In this document: piece after piece, positions 17,947-26,947 of the stretch | Layout of the letters: each line of letters starts with the position of its first letter | How positions within the stretch are numbered: position 1 is the stretch's first letter | Source of the DNA: Candidatus Falkowbacteria bacterium LH_S3 | GTDB taxonomy: Bacteria; Patescibacteriota; Patescibacteriia; Patescibacteriales; JAGXOH01 | DNA: 52,238 bases | Reading direction: 5' to 3' | Assembly (NCBI GenBank): GCA_023659985.1 | Contig: JAGXOH010000001.1 | Location: 1-52,238, forward strand | Notes under the pieces: generated by a model | What the model was told of the DNA's origin: nothing | What the model saw: only the letters and a program-made list of their open reading frames with translations | The model's database searches: none | Position numbers and translations under genes: made by a program

Positions 17947-19050
17947 ATGATTGACACAGAAGACCAAGATTGGATCCTACTAAGCGCTTTTGCTAAATTT
18001 GGGCCTAAAAAACTCACCAAATTACTTAACCACTTTGGTTCGGCAAAAAAAATCAAAGAAGCTGATATCAAAGAATTTGAGTACATCGGTATTAAAAAAG
18101 ATATTGCTCAAGAATTTAAAAATTTCGCCAGAAAAATAAACCTAGAGGAAATATTAAATACATTGGAAAAAGAAAATATTAATTTTATAAAAATTACAGA
18201 TAATGCCTACCCTGAGTTATTAAAGCATATTTATGATCCACCTTTCTTGCTATACTATAAAGGTCGGCTAAATTTAGACCAAAAAATTCCTTTAGCAATA
18301 ATCGGAAGCAGAAAACATTCTTATTATGGCAAACAAATAGCTGATTCCATAGTCCCAATTTTGGCGGAAAACCATATTGCCATTATAAGTGGAATGGCCT
18401 TAGGAATAGATGCCCTGGCTCATAAAAACGCATTAACAAAACAAGGCAAAACTTTGGCTGTTACAGGATCCGGATTAGATAAAGATAACATTTATCCACC
18501 TCAAAATCGTTCTTTATTGGACAAAATAATAAACTTTGGTGGAGCTATAATTTCAGAATTTCCTCCAGGCACCCCTCCTCTAAGGCAAAATTTTCCTCTT
18601 CGCAACCGAATTATTTCCGGAATGAGTTTAGGGGTGTTTATTATAGAAGCCGGTACTAAATCAGGAACATTGATCACTTGCAAACAAGCATTGGATCAAG
18701 GCAGAGAGATCTTTGCCTCACCCGGAAATATCTATTCATTCACCTCAAAGGGAACAAATAACATTATTAAACAAGGAGCTCATGTGGTTACCTCTCCAGA
18801 AGATATTTTAAATTTTTTTAATATTGATTTAAATGAAAACAAAACACTAAACAATAAAAAAAAGGAAGAATACTATTCACCAGAAGAATGCAAAATTTTA
18901 TCTTTTCTATCAACAGAGCCAATACATCTTAATCAATTAATAAAATTAACAGAGCTTGACACTTCTACTGTAAATAGTACATTAACAATATTGGAAATTA
19001 GAGATGTAATTAAACATATAGGTAATAAAAAATACATAAAAAACAAATAA
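17947..19050 (+). CDS. dprA: DNA-processing protein DprA (Smf)
   Basis: Rossmann-like core GSRKHSYYG...GMALGIDALAHKNAL...GTKSGTLIT, with a C-terminal wHTH. Confidence 0.9.
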   Translation: MIDTEDQDWILLSAFAKFGPKKLTKLLNHFGSAKKIKEADIKEFEYIGIKKDIAQEFKNFARKINLEEILNTLEKENINFIKITDNAYPELLKHIYDPPFLLYYKGRLNLDQKIPLAIIGSRKHSYYGKQIADSIVPILAENHIAIISGMALGIDALAHKNALTKQGKTLAVTGSGLDKDNIYPPQNRSLLDKIINFGGAIISEFPPGTPPLRQNFPLRNRIISGMSLGVFIIEAGTKSGTLITCKQALDQGREIFASPGNIYSFTSKGTNNIIKQGAHVVTSPEDILNFFNIDLNENKTLNNKKKEEYYSPEECKILSFLSTEPIHLNQLIKLTELDTSTVNSTLTILEIRDVIKHIGNKKYIKNK

Positions 19051-19157
19051 TCAATCTTTATTAGCTAAATTATAGGATTCCATTGCTTTATTATTTCATT
19101 TCTAAATTATTAATTTAAAACAATGGGATAATAAAACAATAGAACAATGGATATAAT

Positions 19158-21413
19158 ATGAACTTAATTATTGTAGAATCTCCAACTAAAGCTAAAACCA
19201 TAGCTAAATTCTTAGATAATAATTATCAAGTGAAATCCTCATATGGTCACATCCGAGATTTGCCCAAAAGCGAGACAGGCATAGACACGGAAAATAATTT
19301 CAAACCCAGGTATGTCATACCTGTTAAATCCCAAAAAACTGTAAACCAACTTAAAAAAGTGGCAAAATCGGCTGATAAAGTAATACTGGCAACAGATGAA
19401 GACCGTGAAGGAGAGGCTATTGCCTGGCATCTAACTCAAGCCTTGGAGCTCCAGGAGGAAAAAATAGAAAGAATAGCCTTTCATGAGATAACAGAAAATG
19501 CAATTAAAGAAGCCATAAAATCGCCCCACGGCATCAATATTAGTTTAGTCCATGCCCAACAAGCAAGAAGAATTTTAGATAGATTGGTGGGGTATGAATT
19601 GTCTCCTTTCTTATGGAAAAAAGTTGCCAAAGGACTGTCAGCCGGCCGTGTTCAAAGTGTGGCTGTTAGATTTATAGTGGAAAGAGAACGTGAAATCCAA
19701 GCTTTTAACCCAGAAGAATATTGGACCATAACCGCTGATTTAACTCCAAATGAAAAAGAAGAAAATCTTTGCTTCCAGTCCAGATTAAATAAAATCAAGG
19801 ATAAGACAGTTAAAAAATTGGAAATAAAAAATAAAGAACAAAAAGATAAAATATTAAAAGATCTAGACGGAGCTGAATATCAGGTTGCGAATATCCAAAA
19901 AAAGAAGATCAAAAAGAATCCGCCCACACCTTTTACAACATCCACATTGCAACAAACCGCAAACAAATGGTTGGGATTTAACGCCAAGCAGACCATGACC
20001 ATAGCTCAAAAACTATATGAAGGTGTCAATATCCAAGGCGAAGGACAAGTCGGTCTTATAACTTATATGAGAACTGACTCCCTTAATCTTTCCTCTGGAT
20101 TTTTAAAACAAACAGGGCAATATTTAACTGACAACTTAGGTGAAAAACATACTCCGGATAAACCCAGGATTTTTAAAACCAAAAATAAGGACGCTCAAGA
20201 AGCTCATGAAGCCATTCGTCCCACTAATGTGACTTACACCCCAAAATCATTAAAATCCTCCTTAGATACCAATCAACATAAGCTCTATAAATTAATATGG
20301 CAACGAACAATAGCTACTCAAATGTTAGCAGCAGAATTGGATTCTACCACTATTAATATTGATGCGGTTAATACAGATTATCAATTCCGAGCTACAGGAC
20401 AAATATTAAAATTTAATGGCTATTTAGCGATCTATCCGGAAAAAAGTCAAGAAATTCAATTACCAGAAATATCCAAAAATCAAAAATTGAAACTATTAAA
20501 GTTAGCAGGAGAACAACACTTCACTAAACCACCAGGAAGATATTCAGATGCAGGACTTGTTAAAAAATTAGAAAATTACGGCATTGGCAGACCATCTACT
20601 TATGCTCCTATTATTTCTAATATCATAACCAAAAATTATGTAAACCGAGATGAAAACAAGAAACTAACTCCCACTGATATAGCATTTGTGGTTAATGATC
20701 TTTTGGTTAAACATTTTTCCGGAATAATTAATTTTCAATTTACAGCAGAAATGGAGGATAATTTAGATGAAATTGCGACTGGAAATAAAAAATGGCAACC
20801 AGTAGTCAAAAAATCCTACGATCCTTTTCACAAAAACCTTTTAAATAAATATGAAGAAATTAATAAAAATGATATTATGCCTGAAAAAGAATCCAAAGAG
20901 GTCTGCGACAAGTGCGGAGCCAAAATGATTATTAAAACTGGCCGTTACGGTAAATTTTTGGCTTGCAGCGCTTTTCCTGACTGTAAAAACATCAAACCTT
21001 TATCAGAAAATGGAGAAAAAGATAACAAGGCTGATGAACAACTTAAAAAATTGCAAGAAAAATACAAGGATGAAATTTGCGATAAATGTGGTGCAGCCAT
21101 GGCTATAAAAAACGGAAAATACGGACCCTTCCTGGCTTGCACCGCCTACCCCAAATGTAAGAACATCAAAAGCATTGAAGAAAATAGTAATTCTACCGGA
21201 GTTACTTGTCCAGTATGTGGCAAAGGAGAAATTGTTCAAAAAAGAAGCAAGCAAGGTATCTTTTATGCCTGTAATCGATACCCTGATTGCAAAACAGCTT
21301 TTTCCGGCAAGCCTTTACAAAAAAAATGTCCAGAATGCGAAAACTTATTAATAGAGGATAAAAATGGAAATGTTAAATGTTCTAATAAACAATGCGAATA
21401 TAAAAAAAATTAG
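19158..21413 (+). CDS. topA: DNA topoisomerase I with four C-terminal zinc ribbons
   Basis: TOPRIM domain (IVESPTKAKTI, ATDEDREGEAI), an active-site region with YMRTDS, and four CxxC...CxxC repeats. Confidence 0.95.
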   Translation: MNLIIVESPTKAKTIAKFLDNNYQVKSSYGHIRDLPKSETGIDTENNFKPRYVIPVKSQKTVNQLKKVAKSADKVILATDEDREGEAIAWHLTQALELQEEKIERIAFHEITENAIKEAIKSPHGINISLVHAQQARRILDRLVGYELSPFLWKKVAKGLSAGRVQSVAVRFIVEREREIQAFNPEEYWTITADLTPNEKEENLCFQSRLNKIKDKTVKKLEIKNKEQKDKILKDLDGAEYQVANIQKKKIKKNPPTPFTTSTLQQTANKWLGFNAKQTMTIAQKLYEGVNIQGEGQVGLITYMRTDSLNLSSGFLKQTGQYLTDNLGEKHTPDKPRIFKTKNKDAQEAHEAIRPTNVTYTPKSLKSSLDTNQHKLYKLIWQRTIATQMLAAELDSTTINIDAVNTDYQFRATGQILKFNGYLAIYPEKSQEIQLPEISKNQKLKLLKLAGEQHFTKPPGRYSDAGLVKKLENYGIGRPSTYAPIISNIITKNYVNRDENKKLTPTDIAFVVNDLLVKHFSGIINFQFTAEMEDNLDEIATGNKKWQPVVKKSYDPFHKNLLNKYEEINKNDIMPEKESKEVCDKCGAKMIIKTGRYGKFLACSAFPDCKNIKPLSENGEKDNKADEQLKKLQEKYKDEICDKCGAAMAIKNGKYGPFLACTAYPKCKNIKSIEENSNSTGVTCPVCGKGEIVQKRSKQGIFYACNRYPDCKTAFSGKPLQKKCPECENLLIEDKNGNVKCSNKQCEYKKN

Positions 21414-21469
21414 AAATTGAAAAATGAGGTGAATAAGTTCAGATACATGTTGGACTCCAAAAAAAAATA

Positions 21470-21690
21470 AACTTCGCTTAGAAAATTAAGCAGCATTTTT
21501 TTCTTTCAACTTTTAACATTCAACTTTCGACAATTTGCCTTTGGCAAATAATCTAGTCTTCGCTTAATTTAATTTTTCTTTCAACTTTTAACATTCAACT
21601 TTCAACAATTAAGCATTTTTTTCTTTCAACTTTTAACATTCAACTTTCGACAATTTGCCTTTGGCAAATTTAATGAGCTTTGCTTAATTT
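21470..21690. repeat. Family-B repeat block containing a 57-bp perfect direct repeat (21493-21549 and 21613-21669) plus a partial third copy
   Basis: GCATTTTTTTCTTTCAACTTTTAACATTCAACTTTCGACAATTTGCCTTTGGCAAAT occurs twice. The block lies between the convergent 3' ends of topA and 21694-22119. Confidence 0.9.
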
Positions 21691-21693
21691 CAT

Positions 21694-22119
21694 TTATCCC
21701 TTTTTGCTTTTTCTTTTACCCAATAAGGAAGATGACTTTTTACTTGCGCTCACAGAAGAATTTTTGCTTGCTTTAGTTTTATTAGTAGATTTGGTATTGT
21801 TTTTCTTAGTTTTAGCTTTACTATTATTGTCAATCTTACCATCTTTTTTGGTCTTCTTTCTTAAAAATTCCACTCCTTTTTTAAATACATCAGTGATCAA
21901 AGAAAAATAAAAAGTTCCATTTTCTACCTGTTCTTTAATAAGATCTAATATCTCACCAATCTTAGAAAAATTTTTTCTGGCATTCCCAGTAATTTCAGAA
22001 AAATTCCTAAAAACAATTATCATATAAAATAAAACCCAACAAACAAAAAACACCAATAACGCTATGGAAACGGCTATTACAATGTTTAAAATATCACCGC
22101 TATTTTGAATTAGTTCCAT
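21694..22119 (-). CDS. Small membrane-anchored protein with Lys/Ser-rich tail (DUF948/YtxH-like)
   Basis: N-terminal TM helix, an amphipathic helix, and the tail KKTKKDGKIDNNSKAKTKKNN. Confidence 0.5.
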   Translation of the reverse strand: MELIQNSGDILNIVIAVSIALLVFFVCWVLFYMIIVFRNFSEITGNARKNFSKIGEILDLIKEQVENGTFYFSLITDVFKKGVEFLRKKTKKDGKIDNNSKAKTKKNNTKSTNKTKASKNSSVSASKKSSSLLGKRKSKKG

Positions 22120-22120
22120 A

Positions 22121-22228
22121 AATACTTAATAAAATCCAAATGACAAAGCCCAAATACTGAATAAAATCCTAATGACAAAGTCCTAATGTCAAATGAATAT
22201 CAAATGACTAAATGACTAAATGTCAAAA
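22121..22228. repeat. Family-A array, inverted orientation
   Basis: AAAATCCAAATGACAAAGCCCAAATACTGAATAAAATCCTAATGACAAAG...AAATGTCAAAATATTGTAACC, immediately upstream of the start of the minus-strand gene. Confidence 0.8.
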
Positions 22229-22327
22229 TATTGTAACCTTATAAGTTATAAATTATATGCCATGGGTTTCTGGCTTAATATCTTCTTTATGCGTTCAGCG
22301 TTGAGCAGTCAAGCTTTGCTTAACTAA

Positions 22328-22428
22328 TTTGGCATTAGGATTTTGGATTTCATTTGGCATTAGGATTTTGGATTTCATTTGGCATTAGGATTTTGGATTT
22401 CATTTAAATTTTGGTTTTACGTTTTAAG
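22328..22428. repeat. Family-A array, forward orientation; three perfect tandem 25-bp units TGGCATTAGGATTTTGGATTTCATT (22330-22404)
   Basis: Counted base by base. The array is interrupted at 22428/22429 by the IS and resumes at 23740. Confidence 0.9.
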
Positions 22429-23739
22429 GGTTGTTTATCAAATGAAATGAGAACGCCTCTCTTTCGACTTTAAATTGATTTTGAATGATAATTGTTTAAT
22501 CATTTTGGATTTTAGTTCTTTTTCAAAATAAATAGATAATTGTTCTTTTTTAAGATTCCATTCGGCCAAGATAAAGTAATTGATGTATGATTTTGGAAGA
22601 AATACTTTTTCATTTAGGATGTCAATGAATGGTTTGCCTGTTTGTTCTTTGTTTTCTTTAACCTGTCTGATGAAATAGATTTTAGGAATAAAATATTTCT
22701 TGCTCTTGGCTTCTGTTTTTGGCGCTTGATAATGGAGGTATCTCTGAGATGACAGATTAAACCATTCTAATTTTTCATCAACCTCTTCTACTGATTTGAA
22801 ATCAATTCTATTCCAGAATTTTCTAGCAAAGACAGAGTTATTTCCTTCAATTGATGCCTGTGAGAATGGTTTTCTTGGAACAGCAAAGATGGGAACGACT
22901 TGCTTTTGTAAAAGATAACTCATTGCTTTAGAAATATTCCTCTTACCAGAAGCGCTACCAATCATTGTAAGAGCGTTATCTACTTTTACAAAATCAGGCT
23001 TTTCAAATTTCTTAAAAAAGCGTTCGAACTGTTTAATAAAATTCTCTGCTGTTTGTCCCTTAATCCGCTTAAAATACCTTAATTTAGGCTCTTTCTTAAA
23101 AGAAAAGGTGATAAAATTGAGAGGTTCTGTCCTACCAGTAATGTATTTTTTGCCAATGAAATCCATTTCTAAAACTCTACCACCCAATAAAGTATAAATA
23201 GTATGTTCTGGATAACAGAGATAGCGAGCTGCTCCTTTGTTTCTGCCTTTCTTTCGTGTTGTTGAAAGCCCCAAGTCAGAAAGTATGCGGCCAATGGTAA
23301 TGAGGGGTGGTGCAGGACTGTCTGGATATTTCTCTCTCCACTTATCAACAATAGCTGAAGCTCCGGTGTAGAATTCCAAAGGTTCATCCTCTAAAGCTCG
23401 GTGGATTTCCTTAATTCTGTGCTCAGTAGTTTTGTCCCACTTCCGTCTTTTGCCTTGTGGCCAGCCTCTATCGTCTTTAGTGAAATCCTGATTGGGTGAT
23501 TTAGTCCAAACCATAACGAAGTTTGTAGAAACTCTTTCTTTCCTTATGATATCACGTTTAGATAATTTTTTTTAAAGAATAAATCATTGACCTTTCTTCT
23601 TAATTGAAATAATCTTTCTTTGTTCATAGAATTTAGTAAATTAGAGTTAAATTAGTCGACTACTTTAGTTTACTAATACTCTGAACAATTATCAAAGAGA
23701 GGCGTTCTCATTTCATTTGATAAACAACCTTTTAAGTTT
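22429..23739 (-). mobile_element. Intact insertion sequence, 1311 bp, with 36-bp perfect terminal inverted repeats and a 7-bp target-site duplication TTTTAAG
   Basis: IRL 22429-22464 GGTTGTTTATCAAATGAAATGAGAACGCCTCTCTTT equals the reverse complement of IRR 23704-23739. TTTTAAG is found at 22422-22428 and 23740-23746. Confidence 0.9.
22438..23514 (-). CDS. DDE (rve-like) transposase of the IS
   Basis: Candidate triad in LEMDFIGK, FVKVDNALT and SIEGNNSVFARKFW, with a basic N-terminus. The stop codon lies inside IRL. Confidence 0.75.
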   Translation of the reverse strand: MVWTKSPNQDFTKDDRGWPQGKRRKWDKTTEHRIKEIHRALEDEPLEFYTGASAIVDKWREKYPDSPAPPLITIGRILSDLGLSTTRKKGRNKGAARYLCYPEHTIYTLLGGRVLEMDFIGKKYITGRTEPLNFITFSFKKEPKLRYFKRIKGQTAENFIKQFERFFKKFEKPDFVKVDNALTMIGSASGKRNISKAMSYLLQKQVVPIFAVPRKPFSQASIEGNNSVFARKFWNRIDFKSVEEVDEKLEWFNLSSQRYLHYQAPKTEAKSKKYFIPKIYFIRQVKENKEQTGKPFIDILNEKVFLPKSYINYFILAEWNLKKEQLSIYFEKELKSKMIKQLSFKINLKSKERRSHFI

Positions 23740-23900
23740 TAAGTTTTGAGTTTCAACCATATTTCATTTGGCATTAGGATTTTGGATTTCATTTAATTTA
23801 ATTTTTGGTTTTGAACTTTGACTTTTGGTTTTGCGTTTTGAACTTTGAGTTTTGCGTTTCAATCATATTTTTGGATTTTAGATTTCATTTAAATTAATGT
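23740..23900. repeat. Family-A array, continuation after the IS, forward orientation
   Basis: TTTTAAGTTTTAAGTTTTGAGTTTCAACCATATTTCATTTGGCATTAGGATTTTGGATTTCATT... Confidence 0.85.
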
Positions 23901-23940
23901 ATAATAAAATAATCTTTTTAAAAATAATTAAGAACCTTTT

Positions 23941-24912
23941 ATGAGTAAATATATATTTCTATTACTAGTCACTTTATCTGAAGCCACTATTGGTGTTTTT
24001 GTCAAATTGACCGGAGGATACATTCCTATTTTTACCCTTAATTTTTACAGAGTGTTCTTCGCTCTTCTTTTTTTATTGGCGGTAGTTCCTTTTATTGATA
24101 AGAATTTCTGGAGAATTCCCAGAAAACACATTAGACCGATCTTAATAATAGGACTTTTGATAGCAGCTCAAATTAGCATGTTTAATATTGCTATGAGCTT
24201 GGTGCCTATTGCCAATGTGGTCATTTTTTGGAGTGTGGCTCCTTTTTTTGTTTTTATTTTTTCCACTCTTTTTCTTAAAGAAAAAATCCGCAAAGAACAT
24301 ATTTTAATCTTCTTGATAGCTCTAATTGGAATCTTAATAGCCAAACCGTTCGGCGGGGGAAATACTTTGGGAAATGCTATAGCCTTAATTGATGGCGCGG
24401 TATATGCCACTTTAGTTACTTATATGAGGTTTGAAGATAAAACCGAATCTCCGGGACTGGTGTTTTGGTTTATGTTTATGTCCTGTATTTATCTGCTTCC
24501 AGCCTTCTTTATTTTCGGTCCCGGAGACTTTTCTCACATTATTCACTATTCCGCATTAGGGCTCCAATTACCGGTTATTTTGTGGGTGGTTTGCCTGGGT
24601 ATGATCTCTACCGGAGTGGCTTACCTTTTTATAACTTTAACATTGAAAAATATAGAAGCTAGTATTTATTCATTAGTTGATATTATAGTCTCACCTATAG
24701 TAGCGGCATTTTTTGGTTATCTAATATTTAAAGAAATTCCTTCTATCAATATGATTTATGGGGGAGTATTGCTATTAATCTCCGGATTTTGGCTTACCAA
24801 TTTTATGACTGAAGGCCAGACCGGCTGGTTTTTCTCATTAATTTCTAATTTTAAAAAATGGACTCGGAAAGAACATCCCAGCCCTATGATTCGACATAAA
24901 AATATCAAATAA
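23941..24912 (+). CDS. EamA/DMT-superfamily transporter
   Basis: Ten predicted TM helices in two EamA-like halves. Confidence 0.75.
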   Translation: MSKYIFLLLVTLSEATIGVFVKLTGGYIPIFTLNFYRVFFALLFLLAVVPFIDKNFWRIPRKHIRPILIIGLLIAAQISMFNIAMSLVPIANVVIFWSVAPFFVFIFSTLFLKEKIRKEHILIFLIALIGILIAKPFGGGNTLGNAIALIDGAVYATLVTYMRFEDKTESPGLVFWFMFMSCIYLLPAFFIFGPGDFSHIIHYSALGLQLPVILWVVCLGMISTGVAYLFITLTLKNIEASIYSLVDIIVSPIVAAFFGYLIFKEIPSINMIYGGVLLLISGFWLTNFMTEGQTGWFFSLISNFKKWTRKEHPSPMIRHKNIK

Positions 24913-24918
24913 TATTTA

Positions 24919-25010
24919 TTATTGTTTTCTTTGTCTTAAAACTTCATATATTACTATAGCCCCTGCCACAGAAACATTTAGAAAGCTGATATTTCCTTTT
25001 TATGGGAATA
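24919..25010 (-). pseudogene. C-terminal remnant of a SpoU/TrmH-family RNA 2'-O-methyltransferase
   Basis: The minus strand reads (IPIK, shifted by an extra A) GNISFLNVSVAGAIVIYEVLRQRKQ*, the conserved knot/C-terminal motif. The rest of the gene is absent. Confidence 0.55.
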
Positions 25011-25022
25011 TTTTGTTAACAA

Positions 25023-25622
25023 TTACCCAATCATTCGGAATAGATATTGTCTCAATTCTTCAAAAGCTTTCCCTCTATGGCTTAAAAAATTTTTATCGCC
25101 ATCGTTCATCTGAGCAAAGGTAACATCACAACCTTTGGGTTGAAATATAAGATCATAAAGTAAACCCGGCCTGTTTTTCCCTTGAGGCTTTTCCGTTAAA
25201 CAGCCTTTCGCCTCTCCTTCAAAGACTTGATGTCCTCCTTTGGGAAAGACAAATACCAAGACGCTTTTAAAGCAAGCTGTTCTCTCTTTCTGGGGGACGC
25301 CTTTTATTTTCTCTAAAGTATAGTTTATCAAACTTAGGTCATCAGCTCCCTCGCCGGCCCATCTGGCGGTATGCACTCCTGGCTCCCCGTTTAGACAATC
25401 AATACATAATCCGGAGTCATCAGCTAAAGCATGCTTATCTGTTCGAGATGCCACAAAAAAAGCTTTTTTATAAGCATTCTCAAAAAAAGTTTCTCCATCC
25501 TCTTTCACTTCTTCGTTGACACCAACTTCAGAGGTGCTAAATATCTTAATATCTAAGTCTAAAAGCAAATCCTTCATTTCCTTTAACTTTCCTTGATTGT
25601 TAGTAGCGAAAATGATTTCCAT
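25023..25622 (-). CDS. rdgB: Non-canonical purine NTP pyrophosphatase (RdgB/HAM1 family)
   Basis: IIFATNNQGKLKEM N-terminus, FFENAYKKA, DDSGLCIDCLNGEPGVHTARW, SHRGKAF. Confidence 0.9.
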   Translation of the reverse strand: MEIIFATNNQGKLKEMKDLLLDLDIKIFSTSEVGVNEEVKEDGETFFENAYKKAFFVASRTDKHALADDSGLCIDCLNGEPGVHTARWAGEGADDLSLINYTLEKIKGVPQKERTACFKSVLVFVFPKGGHQVFEGEAKGCLTEKPQGKNRPGLLYDLIFQPKGCDVTFAQMNDGDKNFLSHRGKAFEELRQYLFRMIG

Positions 25623-25628
25623 AATGTA

Positions 25629-25790
25629 TTAGTCTAAGCTCATTAAATTTGCTTCCCCCAAATTGTTGAAAGTTGAAGGTTGAAAGTTGAAGGTTGAAAG
25701 AATAATTTGCCTTCGGCAAATTGTTGAAAACAAATTCATTGAACTTTGAGCAATGAGCAATAAGCAATTTGCTGAAAGCAAATTTTCTAA
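25629..25790. repeat. Family-B modular repeat
   Basis: GCTCATTAAATTTGCTTCCCCCAAATTGTTGAAAGTTGAAGGTTGAAAGTTGAAGGTTGAAAG, the UUCG-type hairpin AATTTGCC-TTCG-GCAAATT, and the hairpin AATTTGCTGAAAGCAAATT. Confidence 0.85.
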
Positions 25791-26917
25791 GCTTTGCTTC
25801 CTTTTATTTTGAACCACCAAGATGCTATAGCAGTGGACAGAGGCATGGATAATACAATACCTATACTACCGGCCAATGTTCTGACTATTTCCGTTGCTAT
25901 AGCCTCATTATTTATGATCTGTATCCAGCCGGTAAAAGCCGAATTTCCGCTGATAAATAAAAGTAGCAAGGGGAGAGACACACCTGCATAAGCCAGAAAT
26001 AAAGTATTGGTCATAGAACTTATATGTGAAACTCCCACCTTATATGCTCCTTTAAAAATTTCCTTACCCCCTAAGAACCTATTGGTATGAAAAATTTGTT
26101 CTACGGTGGAAACTTGGGAAACAACAACATCGTTTAAAACACCGAGTGTGCCAATAATAACTCCTGCTAACAATAATCCTCTAAAATTAACCACATGTTT
26201 ACCCATATTTATTATCAAGGTGGAATTTTGGCTGGTTATGCCGGTTAAAGATACCAAATCTACAAACAACCAAGAAAAAAATATGATAAACACCAAACTG
26301 GCAAATGTGCTCACCACCGCAATATGCGATTTTAACCTAAACCCCTCGGTTAAATAAATAATTATTAAAAGCATTCCAGTTGCCCCTACCAAAGTAGGTA
26401 TTAGCGGATCAACGCCGTTGAGGATACTGGGCACAATGTAGCCTATTATAATGGCAAATGTTGCCACCAAGCTTAGCATGGCGCGCAGCCCTTTAATCCC
26501 GCCCACGGCCAAAACCACGAATACAAAAACTCCGGCTAACCACAATAACGCTTTAGTCCGTACGTAATCAACGACATGAAAAGTAGAGTCGCCTTTATCA
26601 TTGTAATTAACAGCAACCCATACTTTATCTCCTATACTATACTCCTTATTCTTAACCACGGAAAAATCACCAATGCCTTCAAATTTGAATTCTTTATCTT
26701 TCCATTTCTCCTCCATCCCCCTGAGCATTAAATTTTGTTGAACGGTTTCTTGCCCATTGTCCAATTCTTTTTTCTCTTGTTTTAAAGTTTCAATGACCTG
26801 AGCTTTAAAAATTTCATCTTTATGGACCGACTGAGTGGTTTGGGCAGATACAAAGAAAGGAAATATTAAGGCGAATATAAAAAATACTAAAAAGGACCTA
26901 TGTTTTATAGTTGTCAT
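25787..26917 (-). CDS. YibE/F-family membrane protein
   Basis: Signal/TM helix, then a soluble beta-rich segment, then seven or more TM helices in the typical YibE/F arrangement. Confidence 0.65.
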   Translation of the reverse strand: MTTIKHRSFLVFFIFALIFPFFVSAQTTQSVHKDEIFKAQVIETLKQEKKELDNGQETVQQNLMLRGMEEKWKDKEFKFEGIGDFSVVKNKEYSIGDKVWVAVNYNDKGDSTFHVVDYVRTKALLWLAGVFVFVVLAVGGIKGLRAMLSLVATFAIIIGYIVPSILNGVDPLIPTLVGATGMLLIIIYLTEGFRLKSHIAVVSTFASLVFIIFFSWLFVDLVSLTGITSQNSTLIINMGKHVVNFRGLLLAGVIIGTLGVLNDVVVSQVSTVEQIFHTNRFLGGKEIFKGAYKVGVSHISSMTNTLFLAYAGVSLPLLLLFISGNSAFTGWIQIINNEAIATEIVRTLAGSIGIVLSMPLSTAIASWWFKIKGSKA

Positions 26918-26947
26918 AAATATATTATTATTTTACTCCTTTGTTTA

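Noticed and set aside
22330-22404. Could the tandem 25-bp units and other short repeat arrays be a CRISPR array?
   Set aside because: The units are directly adjacent with no unique spacers, the unit length is too short, there are no cas genes, and the same words occur dispersed in both orientations. They are intergenic repeats, not CRISPR.
25629-25820. 63-aa minus-strand ORF between rdgB and the YibE/F gene.
   Set aside because: It consists of translated Family-B repeat sequence (heptamers and hairpins), so it is not coding.
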